A stretch of 32,113 nucleotides of DNA, from the NCBI GenBank assembly GCA_002269645.1, contig NIVC01004893.1, forward strand, positions 1 to 32,113, written 5' to 3'. Below, piece after piece: positions 1-11,275 of the stretch. Source of the DNA: Macrostomum lignano. Its lineage: Eukaryota. The first letter of the stretch is position 1. Each line of letters begins with the position of its first letter. The notes beneath the pieces were generated by a model. The model saw only the letters and a list, made by a program, of their open reading frames with translations. It did no database searches and was not told where the DNA came from. The position numbers and the translations under genes were made by a program.

Positions 1-181
1 GACTTCAGGAATGATTGTGAGACTTCAGGAAGATTGCGAGACTTCAGGAATGATTGTGAGACTTCAGGAATTATTTGAGACTTCAGGAAAGATTGTGAGA
101 CTTCAGGAATGATTTTGAGACTTCAGGAATGATTTGAGACTTCAGAGAAGACTGCGAGACTTCAGGAATGATTGTGAGACT
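1..181. repeat. 19-20 bp minisatellite (GAGACTTCAGGAATGATTGT-like), cut by window start
   Basis: About 9 visible tandem copies of gacttcagga(a/t)gatt(g/t)tga. Confidence 0.9.
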
Positions 182-246
182 TTATGAGAGAATATCTCAA
201 CCGATAACACCATATGACTCTGCATTCTGAATCAGCCAATCTCCAG

Positions 247-801
247 GCGTGGCCGCAGGCGAGGCACTCGATGTGTGTCTGGCAGCCGCACCGGCCAGCT
301 GTACGCTTTCGGCGATCCCCAGCACGGCAAGCTGGGATTCAAGCCCGGGACCTCAGGCGGCGGGGGCGGCGGCAGTCGATACTCTTCCTCAGCTTCTGGC
401 GGCTGCCTGTTCGAGCCCACGCTGGTGACCGCCTGCGCCGATCAGCGTCCAGCAGGTGGTCTGCGGCACCCTCCTGACGCGTGCTTGCCGTGCCCGCCAA
501 GGACGCCGGCGGCGGCAGCGGGGCAGCTCCTCGCTGGCAGGCCGGGTCGAGCAGCGAAACGAGGCCGACGACAAGCTGCCGGCGCTGCGCGGCCGAGCGA
601 GCTCCTCGGCAGGCGGGGCAGCTTCCAGGAGCTCAACAATAACAATAGCGCATCGGCACCTCGCGTCTCTGGCCGACAGGCGGGTCGGCGGCGGCCGGCT
701 GGCGCCGTTGTCGTTGAACGCGCGAAAGACCGGCGCCGAGCGCTCTCTGGATCGGAGCGGCAGATTCTCGCCGTTGGCGCTGCGGGCAGCTCAAGTCGCG
801 A
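247..801 (+). CDS. RPGR: RPGR-like exon: last RCC1 repeat plus low-complexity linker, with several frameshifts
   Basis: Acceptor ctccag ends at 246. Piecing frames gives VAAGE / HSMCV / SRTGQLYAFGDPQHGKLGF...CLFEPTLV / ISVQQVVCG / VLAVP. This follows the last RCC1 repeat of vertebrate RPGR as I recall it ([30 protein letters not shown]...FIPTL...VKLVACGGCHMVVFAAP). At least 4 frame changes are needed. The 3' boundary (GTGGGT at 802) is tentative. Confidence 0.6.
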
Positions 802-845
802 GTGGGTTGGGGCGTTTCTGTGGGGGTTGGCGGTCAAGGTGGTCA

Positions 846-950
846 ATCTGTGGGAATGAAGCATAGAGATCTGTGGGAAGAGAGCTTAGGGATCTGTGGG
901 AAGAGAAGCTTAGGGATCTGTGGGAAGGGAAGCTTAGGGATCTGTGGAAG
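846..950. repeat. short ~23-24 bp tandem repeat (GATCTGTGGGAAGAGAAGCTTAGG) in intron
   Basis: 4-5 imperfect copies. Confidence 0.8.
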
Positions 951-998
951 AGAAGTTTTCCAGAGCATCTTTTACGCATCCACGCATCCTAATTTCAG

Positions 999-1037
999 GG
1001 TTATGGCTCCGACTCAGACGCTCTGAAGCCCTCAAAG
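999..1037 (+). CDS. RPGR: putative 39-nt exon of RPGR-like gene (GYGSDSDALKPSK)
   Basis: aatttcAG acceptor ends at 998; aag|GTAAAC donor at 1038; 13 codons open in phase 0. Confidence 0.5.
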
Positions 1038-1114
1038 GTAAACACGTTTGCACACTGTATATCTCAATTAACTGCTTTTGCAGTTTTGTGCAATTGGCCA
1101 AACGGAAATTTTAG

Positions 1115-1196
1115 AAACTGGATCCCATCAAACAGCGAGACGGAGACCTAGCTGGCTCCAGCAGAAGACCCAGAAACTCCCACAGCAGCAACCAAG
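1115..1196 (+). CDS. RPGR: putative exon of RPGR-like gene (KLDPIKQRDGDLAGSSRRPRNSHSSNQ)
   Basis: ttttAG acceptor ends at 1114 (an in-frame alternative cAG ends at 1135); caag|GTGAGT donor at 1197. Confidence 0.5.
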
Positions 1197-1295
1197 GTGA
1201 GTCCACAGGGGCTCACTTTCACTCTGCCTCTCATGGCGGTTTTAATCCCAGTTTTCCTCCATGTAGACTCCTTAAACTCCTCATCCCTTATTATT

Positions 1296-1903
1296 CTCCC
1301 AGTCTCCCTCCCAGTCTCCCTCCCAGTCTACCACCCAGTCTCCTCTGAATCTCCCTCTGAATCTCCCTCTCAATCTCCCTCCCAGTCTCCCTCCCAGTCT
1401 CCCTCCCAGTCTCCTCCCAGTCTACCACCCAGTCTCCCTCTGAATCTCCCTCTGAATCTCCCTCTCAATCTCCTCCCAGTCTCCCTCCCAGTCTCCCTCC
1501 CAGTCTCCCTCCCAGTCTCCCTCTGAATCTCCCTCTCAGTCTCCTTCAATCTCCCTCTCAGTCTCCTTCTCAGTCTCCTTCTCAGTCTCCCTCTCAGTCT
1601 CCCTCCCAGTCTCCCTCTCAGTCTCCCTCTCAGTCTCCCTCCCAGTCTCCCTCTCAGTCTGCCTCCTAGTCTCCCTCTCAGTCCGCCTCCCAGTCTCCCT
1701 CTCAGTCTCCTCCCAGTCTCCCTCTCAGTCTCCCTCTCAGTCTCCCTCCCAGTCTCCCTCTCAGTCTGCCTCCTAGTCTCCCTCTCAGTCCGCCTCCCAG
1801 TCTCCCTCCAGTCTCCCTCCCAGTCTCCCTCCGTCTCCCTCCCAGTCTCCCTCCCAGTCTTCCTCTCAGTCCGCCTCCCAGTCTGCCTCCCAGTCTCCCT
1901 CTG
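1296..1903. repeat. 12-bp pyrimidine-rich minisatellite (CCCAGTCTCCCT / CTCAGTCTCCCT), intronic
   Basis: About 50 imperfect tandem copies; explains the repetitive ORFs at 1197-2058. Confidence 0.92.
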
Positions 1904-1937
1904 AGCGCCCTGCTCCTCCATCTCTCATACTTTACAG

Positions 1938-2030
1938 TTTGACAGTCTCCTAATGGGTCCGTCTGACTCTCAGGACTCTCAGAGCGACAATGAAGACGAA
2001 AAACGACTGAAAGGGTCCGGCAGTCGGCAG
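1938..2030 (+). CDS. RPGR: putative 93-nt exon of RPGR-like gene (FDSLLMGPSDSQDSQSDNEDEKRLKGSGSRQ)
   Basis: tttacAG acceptor ends at 1937; cag|GTGAGT donor at 2031. Open only in phase 0, which does not match the phases of the neighbouring exons as written. Confidence 0.45.
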
Positions 2031-2207
2031 GTGAGTTATAGTTTTTGAAACCGCTCACTCAAAATAGATGCAAGCTATTCTACTGACAGTAGAAAGTAAG
2101 AAACATTAGTTTTTTCCAAAAGCGTAAAAATTGTTTGATATATCAAAATAGGCTACTCTTAGTAGAAAGTAAGTAATATAAGCAAAATTTTCCTTTCAAA
2201 ACTGCAG

Positions 2208-2668
2208 CGCGGCAAGCCCTCGGGTCGGCTGGTCGCGACCAATCGCCGCCGCCTTCAAGCCGCGCCGCCGGCCGTTCCGGTGGCCGCGGCGGATCGAAGC
2301 CACTGAAGCCGATCGGCCACTCGGATGAAGACGAGGAGAACAGCGACAAAGACTTTGGCAGAGGCCGAGCCGGCCGAGGCGGCCGCAAAGACGGCAACAA
2401 CAAGATCAAAGACGCCGCCGACAGTCGACGAAAGACGCGCGGCCGCGCACTGTCAAGGTCAGAGGATGAGGATGACGAGACAGATGAAGAGAACGACCGG
2501 CGGCTGACTTCGCCCTCGCGACGGCGTCGAATGTCCAGCGAAGGCAAGGAGCCGGCTGGTCGGAGGGACAGCAGAGAAGGCGACAGCGGTGTTGCCAAGG
2601 GCATCGGCTGCGGTCGCGGAGGCAGGTCGGGCGGCGATGGCAAAACCAGATCGTGCCAGGTCCTGTGA
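2208..2668 (+). CDS. RPGR: terminal exon of RPGR-like gene, charged low-complexity tail ending in CaaX motif (KTRSCQVL*)
   Basis: ctgcAG acceptor ends at 2207. The frame with codons starting at 2210 is open to TGA 2666-2668: ...SDEDEENSDKDFGRGR...SEDEDDETDEENDRR...GGDGKTRSCQVL*. The constitutive RPGR isoform ends in a similar CaaL motif (SCTIL, from memory). Absent from the ORF track because it has no upstream start. Confidence 0.72.
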
Positions 2669-3621
2669 CTGAGTGCAGTTTAAAATGGGACTGGGAAGGC
2701 CAGATGCCAGGGCAGCCTGTAGCCCGGCGCTCCGAGCGTTTCTGTTCCAAGTTTGACCCGACGCGAGTTCGAATCCTGGCAGCTTAGTAATAGTAGAAAC
2801 CATGGGATTAATTTGAATTATTTGATTGCCCTACTAATAGTAGCTTATTAGTAGACGCGAGTTTGAATCTCAATAGCAATCAAAAAATTGAAAAGATAAT
2901 CATTTCAAATGCTCGATTGCCTTACTAATAGTAGTTTTCCGAAATTAGTAGATTTGGATTGTAAAAACCTTAAAGGAAATGAAAATATCTACTTTGAAGC
3001 AGTGTGCAGACACAGATTTAAATTTAAATTATTCAAATCCCCAAGCCTAAAGGCGAACTCTGGTTGCAATATTTTACATTTATAACTTTCTTATATGCAT
3101 ATTCTAATCTTTCCGCTACCAGTAGGCAGTTTTGCGTTTTGCAAAAAATCCACTATAACCCGCGACTCTCTTTAAGTAGCTCTGCCTACCTATTCAAACT
3201 TGACGATGAATTTTTTATGATTTCAGATTTCAGTGCAAAAAAGTCACGCCAGACTCGAGCAATTTTGATTTAGATTTATATTTTTGTTTCTTACGACAAT
3301 TACTCGCTGACTTCCTTGGTCTGACATATATTGTTGTTCGACACAAGTTTCACTCGCAATATTTTGGTGAGGCGGCCTGCCGACCTGCGATATCCAATGC
3401 CTCTAGTCGTGCCCTCTTTAAAGCTGCCACGTCTGTTTACTCAGTCGATAATCTTTTCGCAATATTTAATTTTAAAACGAGACTTTGTCATATGATTGAA
3501 TATTTTTAATATATTATCATTATATAATTGTTGAGACAGCAGAGATGCTGCCGTATACACCTCTACCTGCCTGCCTTCTGGCACCTGCAACTGAGAAAGC
3601 TGTGTTTCATTCAGCTTATTT

Positions 3622-4711
3622 TTGCATTGCAGTGTGTGGGGTTTGCATTGCAGTGTGTGGGGTTTGTGTTGCAGTGTGTGGGGTTTGTGTTGCAGTGTGT
3701 GGGGTTTGTGTTGCAGTGTGTGGGGTTTGTGTTGCAGTGTGTGGGGTTTTCATTGCAGTGTGTGGGGTTTTCATTGCAGTGTGTGGGGTTTGTGTTGCAG
3801 TGTGTGGGGTTTGTGTTGCAGTTTGTGGGGTTTGTGTTGCAGTGTGTGGGGTTTGTGTTGCAGTGTGTGGGGTTTGTGTTGCAGTGTGTGGGGTTTGTAT
3901 TGCAGTGTGGGGTTTGTGTTGCAGTGTGTGGGGTTTTCATTGCAGTGTGTGGGGTTTTCATTGCAGTGTGTGGGGTTGTGTTGCAGTGTGTGGGGTTTGT
4001 GTTGCAGTGTGTGGGGTTTGTGTTGCAGTGTGTGGGGTTTGTGTTGCAGTGTGTGGGGTTTGTATTGCAGTGTGGGGTTTGTGTTGCAGTGTGTGGGGTT
4101 TGCATTGCAGTGTGTGGGGTTTGAGTTGCAGTGTGTGGGGTTTGTGTTGCAGTGTGTGGGGTTTGTGTTGCAGTGTGTGGGGTTTGTGTTGCAGTGTGTG
4201 GGGTTTGTGTTGCAGTGTGTGGGGTTTGTGTTGCAGTGTGTGGGGTTTGTGTTGCAGTGTGTGGGGTTTGCATTGCAGTGTGTGGGGTTTGTGTTGCAGT
4301 GTGTGGGGTTTGTGTTGCAGTGTGTGGGGTTTGTGTTGCAGTGTGTGGGGTTTGCATTGCAGTGTGTGGGGTTTTCATTGCAGTGTGTGGGGTTTGCATT
4401 GCAGTGTGTGGGGTTTGTGTTGCAGTGTGTGGGGTTTGTGTTGCAGGGTGTGGGGTTTGTGTTGCAGTGTGTGGGGTTTGTGTTGCAGTGTGTGGGGTTT
4501 GTGTTGCAGTGTGTGGGGTTTGTGTTGCAGTGTGTGGGGTTTGTGTTGCAGGGTGTGGGGTTTGAGTTGCAGTGTGTGGGGTTTGTGTTGCAGGGTGTGG
4601 TGTTTGAGTTGCAGTGTGTGGGGTTTGTATTGCAGTGTGTGGGGTTTTGTGTTGCAGTGTGTGGGGTTTGTGTTGCAGTGTGTGGGGTTTGTGTTGCAGT
4701 GTGTGGGGTTT
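3622..4711. repeat. 21-bp minisatellite (TTGCAGTGTGTGGGGTTTGTG)
   Basis: About 52 tandem copies; source of the LQCVGFV / CCSVWGL / TPHTATQ pseudo-ORFs. Confidence 0.95.
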
Positions 4712-5261
4712 TACATATAGATCCAATATTCATAATCAACTTGGGTTTGTACTAAAGTAAACGGAAGTGGTTTCAGGAAGATATGCCACAGAGACCCTGT
4801 GCAATCAGAAAGCACTCTGACCAATTTAAAGCGGCAATGTGGAACCCATTCCAGGTTAGCGGACCCATTCCACTAGCATTCGTGCTCCTCTTATCGCGCT
4901 TTAACGAGTAGTCCTCTCGCTAGATGCCAGGCACATTTTCAGTGAGCACATCAGTCGCATAAACCCTGTACAACCCCATATAGCTACTGACTGTTTTTTT
5001 TTCGTTTCCATGGAAACACGCAGCATCAATTTATTTGAACGAGTCAGCAGACAATTACCCGATGCAGTTTCGCAAGAGTGATTGGCACATGGGGTAAGGA
5101 AATCTGATCTTTCATCGCATTGCAAATGCTTTGCAGTTGCAGTTTCCAGAAATAGAAAGCACCATTCATGTCAGCTCTCTCAGTCCCGTTAATCCGTTCG
5201 GTGCATGCAGCGTCGCATAAATTTGTTCAGGCCTGCCTCTGCTGCCTCTCGATTATATTGA

Positions 5262-5803
<542 letters not shown>

Positions 5804-6029
5804 GTTAAGAATTCGTGCACTTCTGCACGTCAGTGTCAAAGCATCTGCTCACTTCCCGGCTTAGTGCAGATCTTGCCTCAGCTCAGCGCGGCACTGAGTT
5901 TACAAACCCAAGCACAGAACCCGACACCTTCAATTAAACACAAATCGACCTGAATTTTGCTTTTTTAGTGAGACAGAAGTTTCTAAAAGGCTGCATCGTC
6001 ATTTCAATCGATAGCGTTGACTGCCCCTC

Positions 6030-7732
6030 TGCATCTCTCTCTCTCTGGCATCCCCCATCATTCACTTTCTCTACTATCTCCCACCTCCCTCTCCCATCCC
6101 TCTCTCCCTACCCTCTCCCATCCCTCTCTCCCATCTCCCTCTCCCATCTCTCTCTCCCACCTCCCTCTCCCATCTCTCTCTCCCATCTCCCTCTCCCATC
6201 TTCCATCTCCCTCTCCCATCTCCCATCTCCCTCTCCCATCTCACTCTCCCACCTCCCTCTCCCATCTCACTCTCCACCTCCCTCTCCCATCTCTCTCTCC
6301 CATCTCTCTCTCCCATCCCTCTCTCCCATCTCCCTCTCCCATCTCTCTCTCCCATCTCTCTCTCCCATCTCCCTCTCCCACCTCCCTCTCCCTCTCCCAT
6401 CTCCCATCTCCCTCTCCCATCTTCCATCTCCCTCTCCCATCTCCCATCGCCCTCTCCCATCTCCCAACTCCCTCTTCCACCTCCCTCTCCCATCTCTTAT
6501 CTCCCTCTCCCACCTCCCTCTCCCATCTCCCATCTCCCTCTCCCATCTCCCATCTCCCACTCCCATCTCCCATCTCCCACTCCCATCTCCCATCTCCCTC
6601 TCCCATCTCCCATCTCCCTCTCCCATCTCCCATCTCCCTCTCCCATCTCCCATCTCCCTCTCCCATCTCCCTCTCCCATCTACCATCTCCCATCTCCCAT
6701 CTCCCATCTCCCTCTCTCATCTCCCATCTCCCTCTCACATCTTCCATCTCCCTCTCCCATCTCCCATCTCCCTCTCCCACCTCCCTCTCCCATCTCCCAT
6801 CTCCCTCTCCCATCTCCCATCTCCCTCTCCCTCTCCCATCTCCCTCTCCCATCTCCCATCTCCCTCTCCCATCTCCCATCTACCACTCCCATCTCCCTCT
6901 CCAATCTCCCTCTCCCATCTCCCTCTCCCATCTCCCTCTCTCATCTCCCTCTCCCATCTCCCTCTCCAATCTCCCATCTCCCATCTCCCTCTCCCATCTC
7001 CCTCTCCCATCTCCCTCTCCCATCTCCCTCTCCCATCTTCCATCTCCCTCTCCCATCTCCCATCTCCCTCTCCCATCTCCCATCTCCCTCTCCCATCTCC
7101 CATCTACCACTCCCATCTCCCTCTCCCATCTCCCTCTCCCATCTCCCATCTCCCTCTCCCTCTCCCATCTCCCTCTCCCATCTCCCATCTCCCTCTCCCA
7201 TCTCCCATCTACCACTCCCATCTCCCTCTCCAATCTCCCTCTCCCATCTCCCTCTCCCATCTCCCTCTCTCATCTCCCTCTCCCATCTCCCTCTCCAATC
7301 TCCCATCTCCCATCTCCCTCTCCCATCTCCCTCTCCCATCTCCCTCTCCCATCTCCCTCTCCCATCTTCCATCTCCCTCTCCCATCTCCCATCTCCCTCT
7401 CCCATCTCCCATCTCCCTCTCCCATCTCCCATCTACCACTCCCATCTCCCTCTCCCATCTCCCTCTCCCATCTCCCTCTCCCATCTCCCTCTCCCATCTC
7501 CCTCTCCCATCTCCCTCTCCCTCTCCCATCTCCCTCTCCCATCTCCCATCTCCCTCTCCCACCTCCCTCTCCCATCTGCCATCTCCCTCTCCCATCTCCC
7601 ACCTCCCTCTCCCATCTCCCATCTCCCTCTCCCATCTCCCACCTCCCTCTCCCATTTCTCACCTCCCTCTCCCATCTCCCTCTCCCATCTCCCATCTCCC
7701 TCAATCTCTTATCTCCCTCTCCCATCTCTCTC
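6030..7732. repeat. pyrimidine-rich satellite of CTCCCAT / CTCCCT units with an internal ~329-bp higher-order duplication
   Basis: + strand is almost all C/T with sparse A. The diagnostic variant run taccactcccatctccctctccaat recurs at 6881 and 7210. Confidence 0.92.
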
Positions 7733-8039
7733 ATTGCGGGGCTTTATTTTGTCCTACTTCTGCGCATCAGTGCTGGCACAGAGCTCAGTGCATCGCTGCA
7801 AGCATCGGGACACTCTCATCTTCTGCTCAGCGTACAGCTCAGACTGAGACAGACAGTGCGAAAAGAAGCTGGGGAGGGGAGATGGGGCAAGAGGAATGGA
7901 ATCAAACAGATTCGAGCTCTCTTCGAGTTCGCGGGCTCTGATCCCCCGACCCTGCCATCCGGTTTGGAAAACGAGGAAGAAAAACAAGGGGGAGAGAGAG
8001 ACAGGTGAGAACCTGGCCCGCACGACTCGAATCTAACTG

Positions 8040-8204
8040 GGATTGGCTAGACTGAGGTGAGCTGCAGCCGCATACAGCACAGGTGGTAGTATATATCACT
8101 ATTTAACAGTGCAGTCTCATCATATTATTAAGCCTGCCGAATACTACAAGAGATCATCTATAATTCATTTATAATTCATTTCATATCTATTCGAATCGGT
8201 AAGC
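8040..8204 (+). promoter_or_regulatory. cassette upstream block, putative 5' non-coding exon ending at a conserved GTAAG donor (copy A)
   Basis: Homologous to 12098-12248, 15908-16060, 20387-20495 and 27063-27216. All five end attcga(a/t)t(c/t)g|GTAA. Confidence 0.5.
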
Positions 8205-8258
8205 TTAATTACATTTTTATTACTTAGGTGCCTTTTTGCAATTATACGAGTTCACAAT

Positions 8259-9132
8259 GGGAATTGTGAAGCTGGGGATTGTGAATCTGGGGGATTGTGA
8301 ATCTGAGGGCATTGTGAATCTGGGAATTGTAAATCTGGGGATTGTGAATCTGAGGGCATTGTGAATCTGGAGGATTGTGAATCTGGGGATTGTGAATCTG
8401 GGGGATTGTGAATCTGGGGGATTGTGAATCTGGGAATTGTGAATCTGGGGCATTGTGAATCTGGAGGCATGGTGAATCTGGAGGCATGGTGAATCTGGGG
8501 GAATTGTGAATCTTGGGGATTGTGAATCTGGGGCATTGTGAATCTGGAGGGATAGTGAATCTAGGGCATTGTGAATCTGGGGGGTGTGAATCTGGGCATT
8601 GCGAATCTGGAGGGATAGTGAATCTAGGGCATTGTGATCCTGGGGTGTGAATCTGGGGCATTGTGAATCTGGAGGGATAGTGAATCTAGGGCATTGTGAA
8701 ACTGGGGGTGTGAATCTGGGGGACTGTGAATCTGGGGCATTGTGAATCTGGGGACATTGTGAATCTGGGGGATTGTGAATCTGGGGGAATTGTGAATCTG
8801 GTGGATTGTGAATCTGAGGGCATTGTGAATCTGGGGGGGGGGTTGTGAATCTGGGGGGGGTTGTGAATCTGTGGGATTGTGAATCTGGGGGATTGTAAAG
8901 CTGGGGATTGTGAATATGGGGGATTGTGAATCTAGGAGATTGTGAATCCGGTGGGATTGTGAATCTAGGGGGATTGTGAATCTGGGGGATTGTGAATCTG
9001 GGGGGGATTGTGAATCTGGGGGGGATTGTGAATCTGGGGGGGATTGTGAATCTGGGGGGATTGTGAATCTTGGGGGATTGTGAATCTGATGATTGTGAAG
9101 CTGAGGGATTGTGAAGCTTGGGGATTGTGAAG
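8259..9132. repeat. 15-19 bp minisatellite (GATTGTGAATCTGGGG variants) upstream of PLAC8 copy A
   Basis: Tandem array; a diverged homologue of the GATTGTGAAGCTTGGG arrays upstream of the other copies. Confidence 0.92.
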
Positions 9133-9332
9133 ATTTAAGGAATATTTAAATTATAAGAAGACAATCTAACCGTCTTTCTAATCTCAGTATATCTGATACT
9201 CGGTACGTAGGATCTTCTTTGGGAAGTAAACGGTTGCATTTCTTCAGTCGCATTAGTCAGCCGAAGCAGCTAAGTCAAAAAGATTTTCCAACCTAAATAT
9301 GCTGCCTCCTACCCGGCTGTCAGTCCGCAGTG

Positions 9333-9782
9333 ATGCAGCCTCAAGCGGTGCACCCGGTGATGTCCCAGCCGCAGCCGTACGCCATGTACCCGTCTGCGCC
9401 ACCCGCCGCCCCGGTGGTTGGCCAGCAGCCGGTGCCACTGCAGCATCCGCCGCAGCAGCGCCAGTGGAACTCCGGCCTGTGCAGCTGCTTTGAAGACGTT
9501 GGCGGCTGCTGCCTGACCTACTTCTGCGGCCCCTGCGAGCTCTGCTGCTGCGTCTCGGAGCGCATGGGCGAGCAGTGCTGCACCCCGATCTGTCTGGGCT
9601 GCCTGGGCAGCTCCGTGACTCTCATCGCCTACCGAGTGAAGCTGAGGGCCAGGTACAACATCCAGGGCAGCATCTTGGACGACTGTTGCACCACGGTGTG
9701 CTGCGCCAGCTGCATGCAGTGTCAGCTCAAGAGGGAGCTGAACTACATTGAGAACCAGCTGGGTTACAAGCCGGCTTTTTGA
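9333..9782 (+). CDS. PLAC8: PLAC8/cornifelin-family cysteine-rich protein, copy A (149 aa)
   Basis: QWNSGLCSCFEDVGGCCLTYFCGPC...RMGEQCC...YRVKLRARYNIQGSILDDCCTTVCCASCMQCQLKRE matches the PLAC8 family pattern (W.SGLC.C.ED..C...FC.PC; R.RY.I.GS..DC...CC.C..CQ..RE). 19 Cys and a P/Q/Y-rich N-terminus. ATG is 2 nt after a CAG acceptor. Family-level call; orthology not established. Confidence 0.92.
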   Translation: MQPQAVHPVMSQPQPYAMYPSAPPAAPVVGQQPVPLQHPPQQRQWNSGLCSCFEDVGGCCLTYFCGPCELCCCVSERMGEQCCTPICLGCLGSSVTLIAYRVKLRARYNIQGSILDDCCTTVCCASCMQCQLKRELNYIENQLGYKPAF

Positions 9783-9882
9783 GAACTGAGAACTTGAGAA
9801 CTTGAGACCTTGGGAACTTGAGAACTTGAGAACTAGGGATTTATTGGCGACTGGGGTGGCACGCGCTTTGGAGTGTGGGCGT

Positions 9883-10515
9883 CTGTGGTAGGGAGCTGTG
9901 GGTGTCTATGGTAGGGAGCTGCTGGTGTCTATGGTAGGGAGCTACTGGTGTCTATGGTAGGGAGCTACTGGTGTCTATGGTAGGGAGCTACTGGTGTTTA
10001 TGGTAGGGAGCTACTGGTGTTTATGGTAGGGAGCTACTGGTGTCTATGGTAGGGAGCTACTGGTGTTTATGGTAGGGAGCTACTGGTGTCTATGGTAGGG
10101 AGCTACTGGTGTTTATGGTAGGGAGCTACTGGTGTCTATGGTAGGGAGCTACTGGTGTCTATGGTAGGGAGCTACTGGTGTCTATGGTAGGGAGCTACTG
10201 GTGTCTATGGTAGGGAGCTGCTGGTGTCTATGGTAGAGAGCTGCGGGTGTCTATGGTAGGGAGCTACTGGTGTCTATGGTAGGGAGCTACTGGTGTCTAT
10301 GGTAGGGAGCTACTGGTGTCTATGGTAGGGAGCTACTGGTGTTTATGGTAGGGAGCTACTGGTGTTTATGGTAGGGAGCTACTGGTGTCTATGGTAGGGA
10401 GCTGCTGGTGTCTATGGTAGGGAGCTACTGGTGTTTATGGTAGGGAGCTACTGGTGTTTATGGTAGGGAGCTACTGGTGTCTATGGTAGGGAGCTGTGGG
10501 GTGTCTATGGTAGAG
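9883..10515. repeat. 23-bp minisatellite (GGTGTCTATGGTAGGGAGCTACT) downstream of copy A
   Basis: Period 23 (e.g. 9901, 9924); about 27 copies. Confidence 0.93.
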
Positions 10516-11013
10516 ATTTCATCTATGTGAATTTTAATTTTGCATCCCGTGAAGTGAAAGCTATTGCTCTCGAAACTATTTAATATTGATGTCGTTCCCT
10601 TGATACTACTAACAGCTATATGTTCTTAACGCTGTCACCTTCATGTAAGTTAAGATAGAGTTTAGTAATTTTTTTATACATGTGCACGAAACATTTCTTC
10701 TTAACTTGTATACTATCTTGCCTTTATCTGAAATTGTTTATCGAAAACTCTCCCTTCTTTGAAACCGGATCTAAACGTCATTTGTTTAATACCTTTCAAG
10801 CTACAAAGCAACTCTTTAAATTTGAAGGAATACTTTTTCTAATTTTCTACTTTCTCTTCTATCGTAATACAAGATAAAAAGGAATTGATATTCAACTTTA
10901 AGTTATTCTTTTAATTCAGCAAGTAAAGCACAATAAAACGCACTATCTGAGCATATTTCCACCTAATACTGAATGTCGAATATTTTTTTTTTCAGCTACA
11001 AGTATTCCGTTCG

Positions 11014-11275
11014 AGACTGAGGTGTGGGGTTCGGGACTGAGGTGTGGGGTTCGGGACTGAGGTGTGGGGTTCGGGACTGAGGTTTCGGATTAGGTACTGA
11101 GGGTTGGGATTCGGTACTGAGGTTTCGGATTTGGTACTGAGGGGTGAGATTCGGTACTGAGGGGTGAGATTCGGGACTGGGGTGTGGGAATCGGGACTAA
11201 GGTGTGGGAATCGGGACTGGGGTGTGGGAATCGGGACTGGGGTGTGCGAATCGGGACTGAGGTGTGGGATTTGGT
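11014..11275. repeat. 20-bp G-rich minisatellite (GGGACTGAGGTGTGGGGTTC variants), unit 1
   Basis: About 13 imperfect copies. Confidence 0.88.

Noticed and set aside
240-300. Minus-strand HIECLACGHAWR resembling a TFIIS/RPB9 zinc ribbon
   Set aside because: No first CxxC pair or acidic DEP hairpin in frame; the + strand RCC1 reading explains the region better.
1370-1921. Glu/Gly/Arg-rich minus-strand ORF inside the RPGR-like gene, suggesting an ORF15-type exon
   Set aside because: Wrong strand relative to the RPGR-like exons; it is a 12-bp intronic minisatellite.
2715-2785. B-box-like GTTCGAATCC at about 2767-2776 suggesting a tRNA or tRNA-derived SINE
   Set aside because: No convincing A-box or cloverleaf; at most a degenerate relic.
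3528-4755. Long ORFs (198-391 aa) on both strands with LQCVGFV, CCSVWGL, TPHTATQ or CNTNPTH repeats
   Set aside because: All frames are open because the 21-bp unit lacks stops; no unique coding flanks.
4778-5230. Possible small exons (e.g. tttcag|gaagatatg...ttccag|gttagc) and the minus-strand ORFs at 4901-5125 and 7754-8023
   Set aside because: No recognisable protein motif or consistent exon chain; cannot be supported without RNA data.
5968-8008. 657-aa and 663-aa Pro/Ser/His/Leu ORFs, and antisense Gly/Glu/Arg ORFs superficially like RPGR ORF15
   Set aside because: Translations of the CT-rich satellite. The purine-rich strand is antisense to the RPGR-like gene and lies beyond its stop codon.
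9504-9536. CCLTYFCGPC differing from the plant PCR-type CCxxxxCPC motif
   Set aside because: Animal PLAC8 proteins also have a residue between C and P (CFPC, from memory), so this is not unusual.
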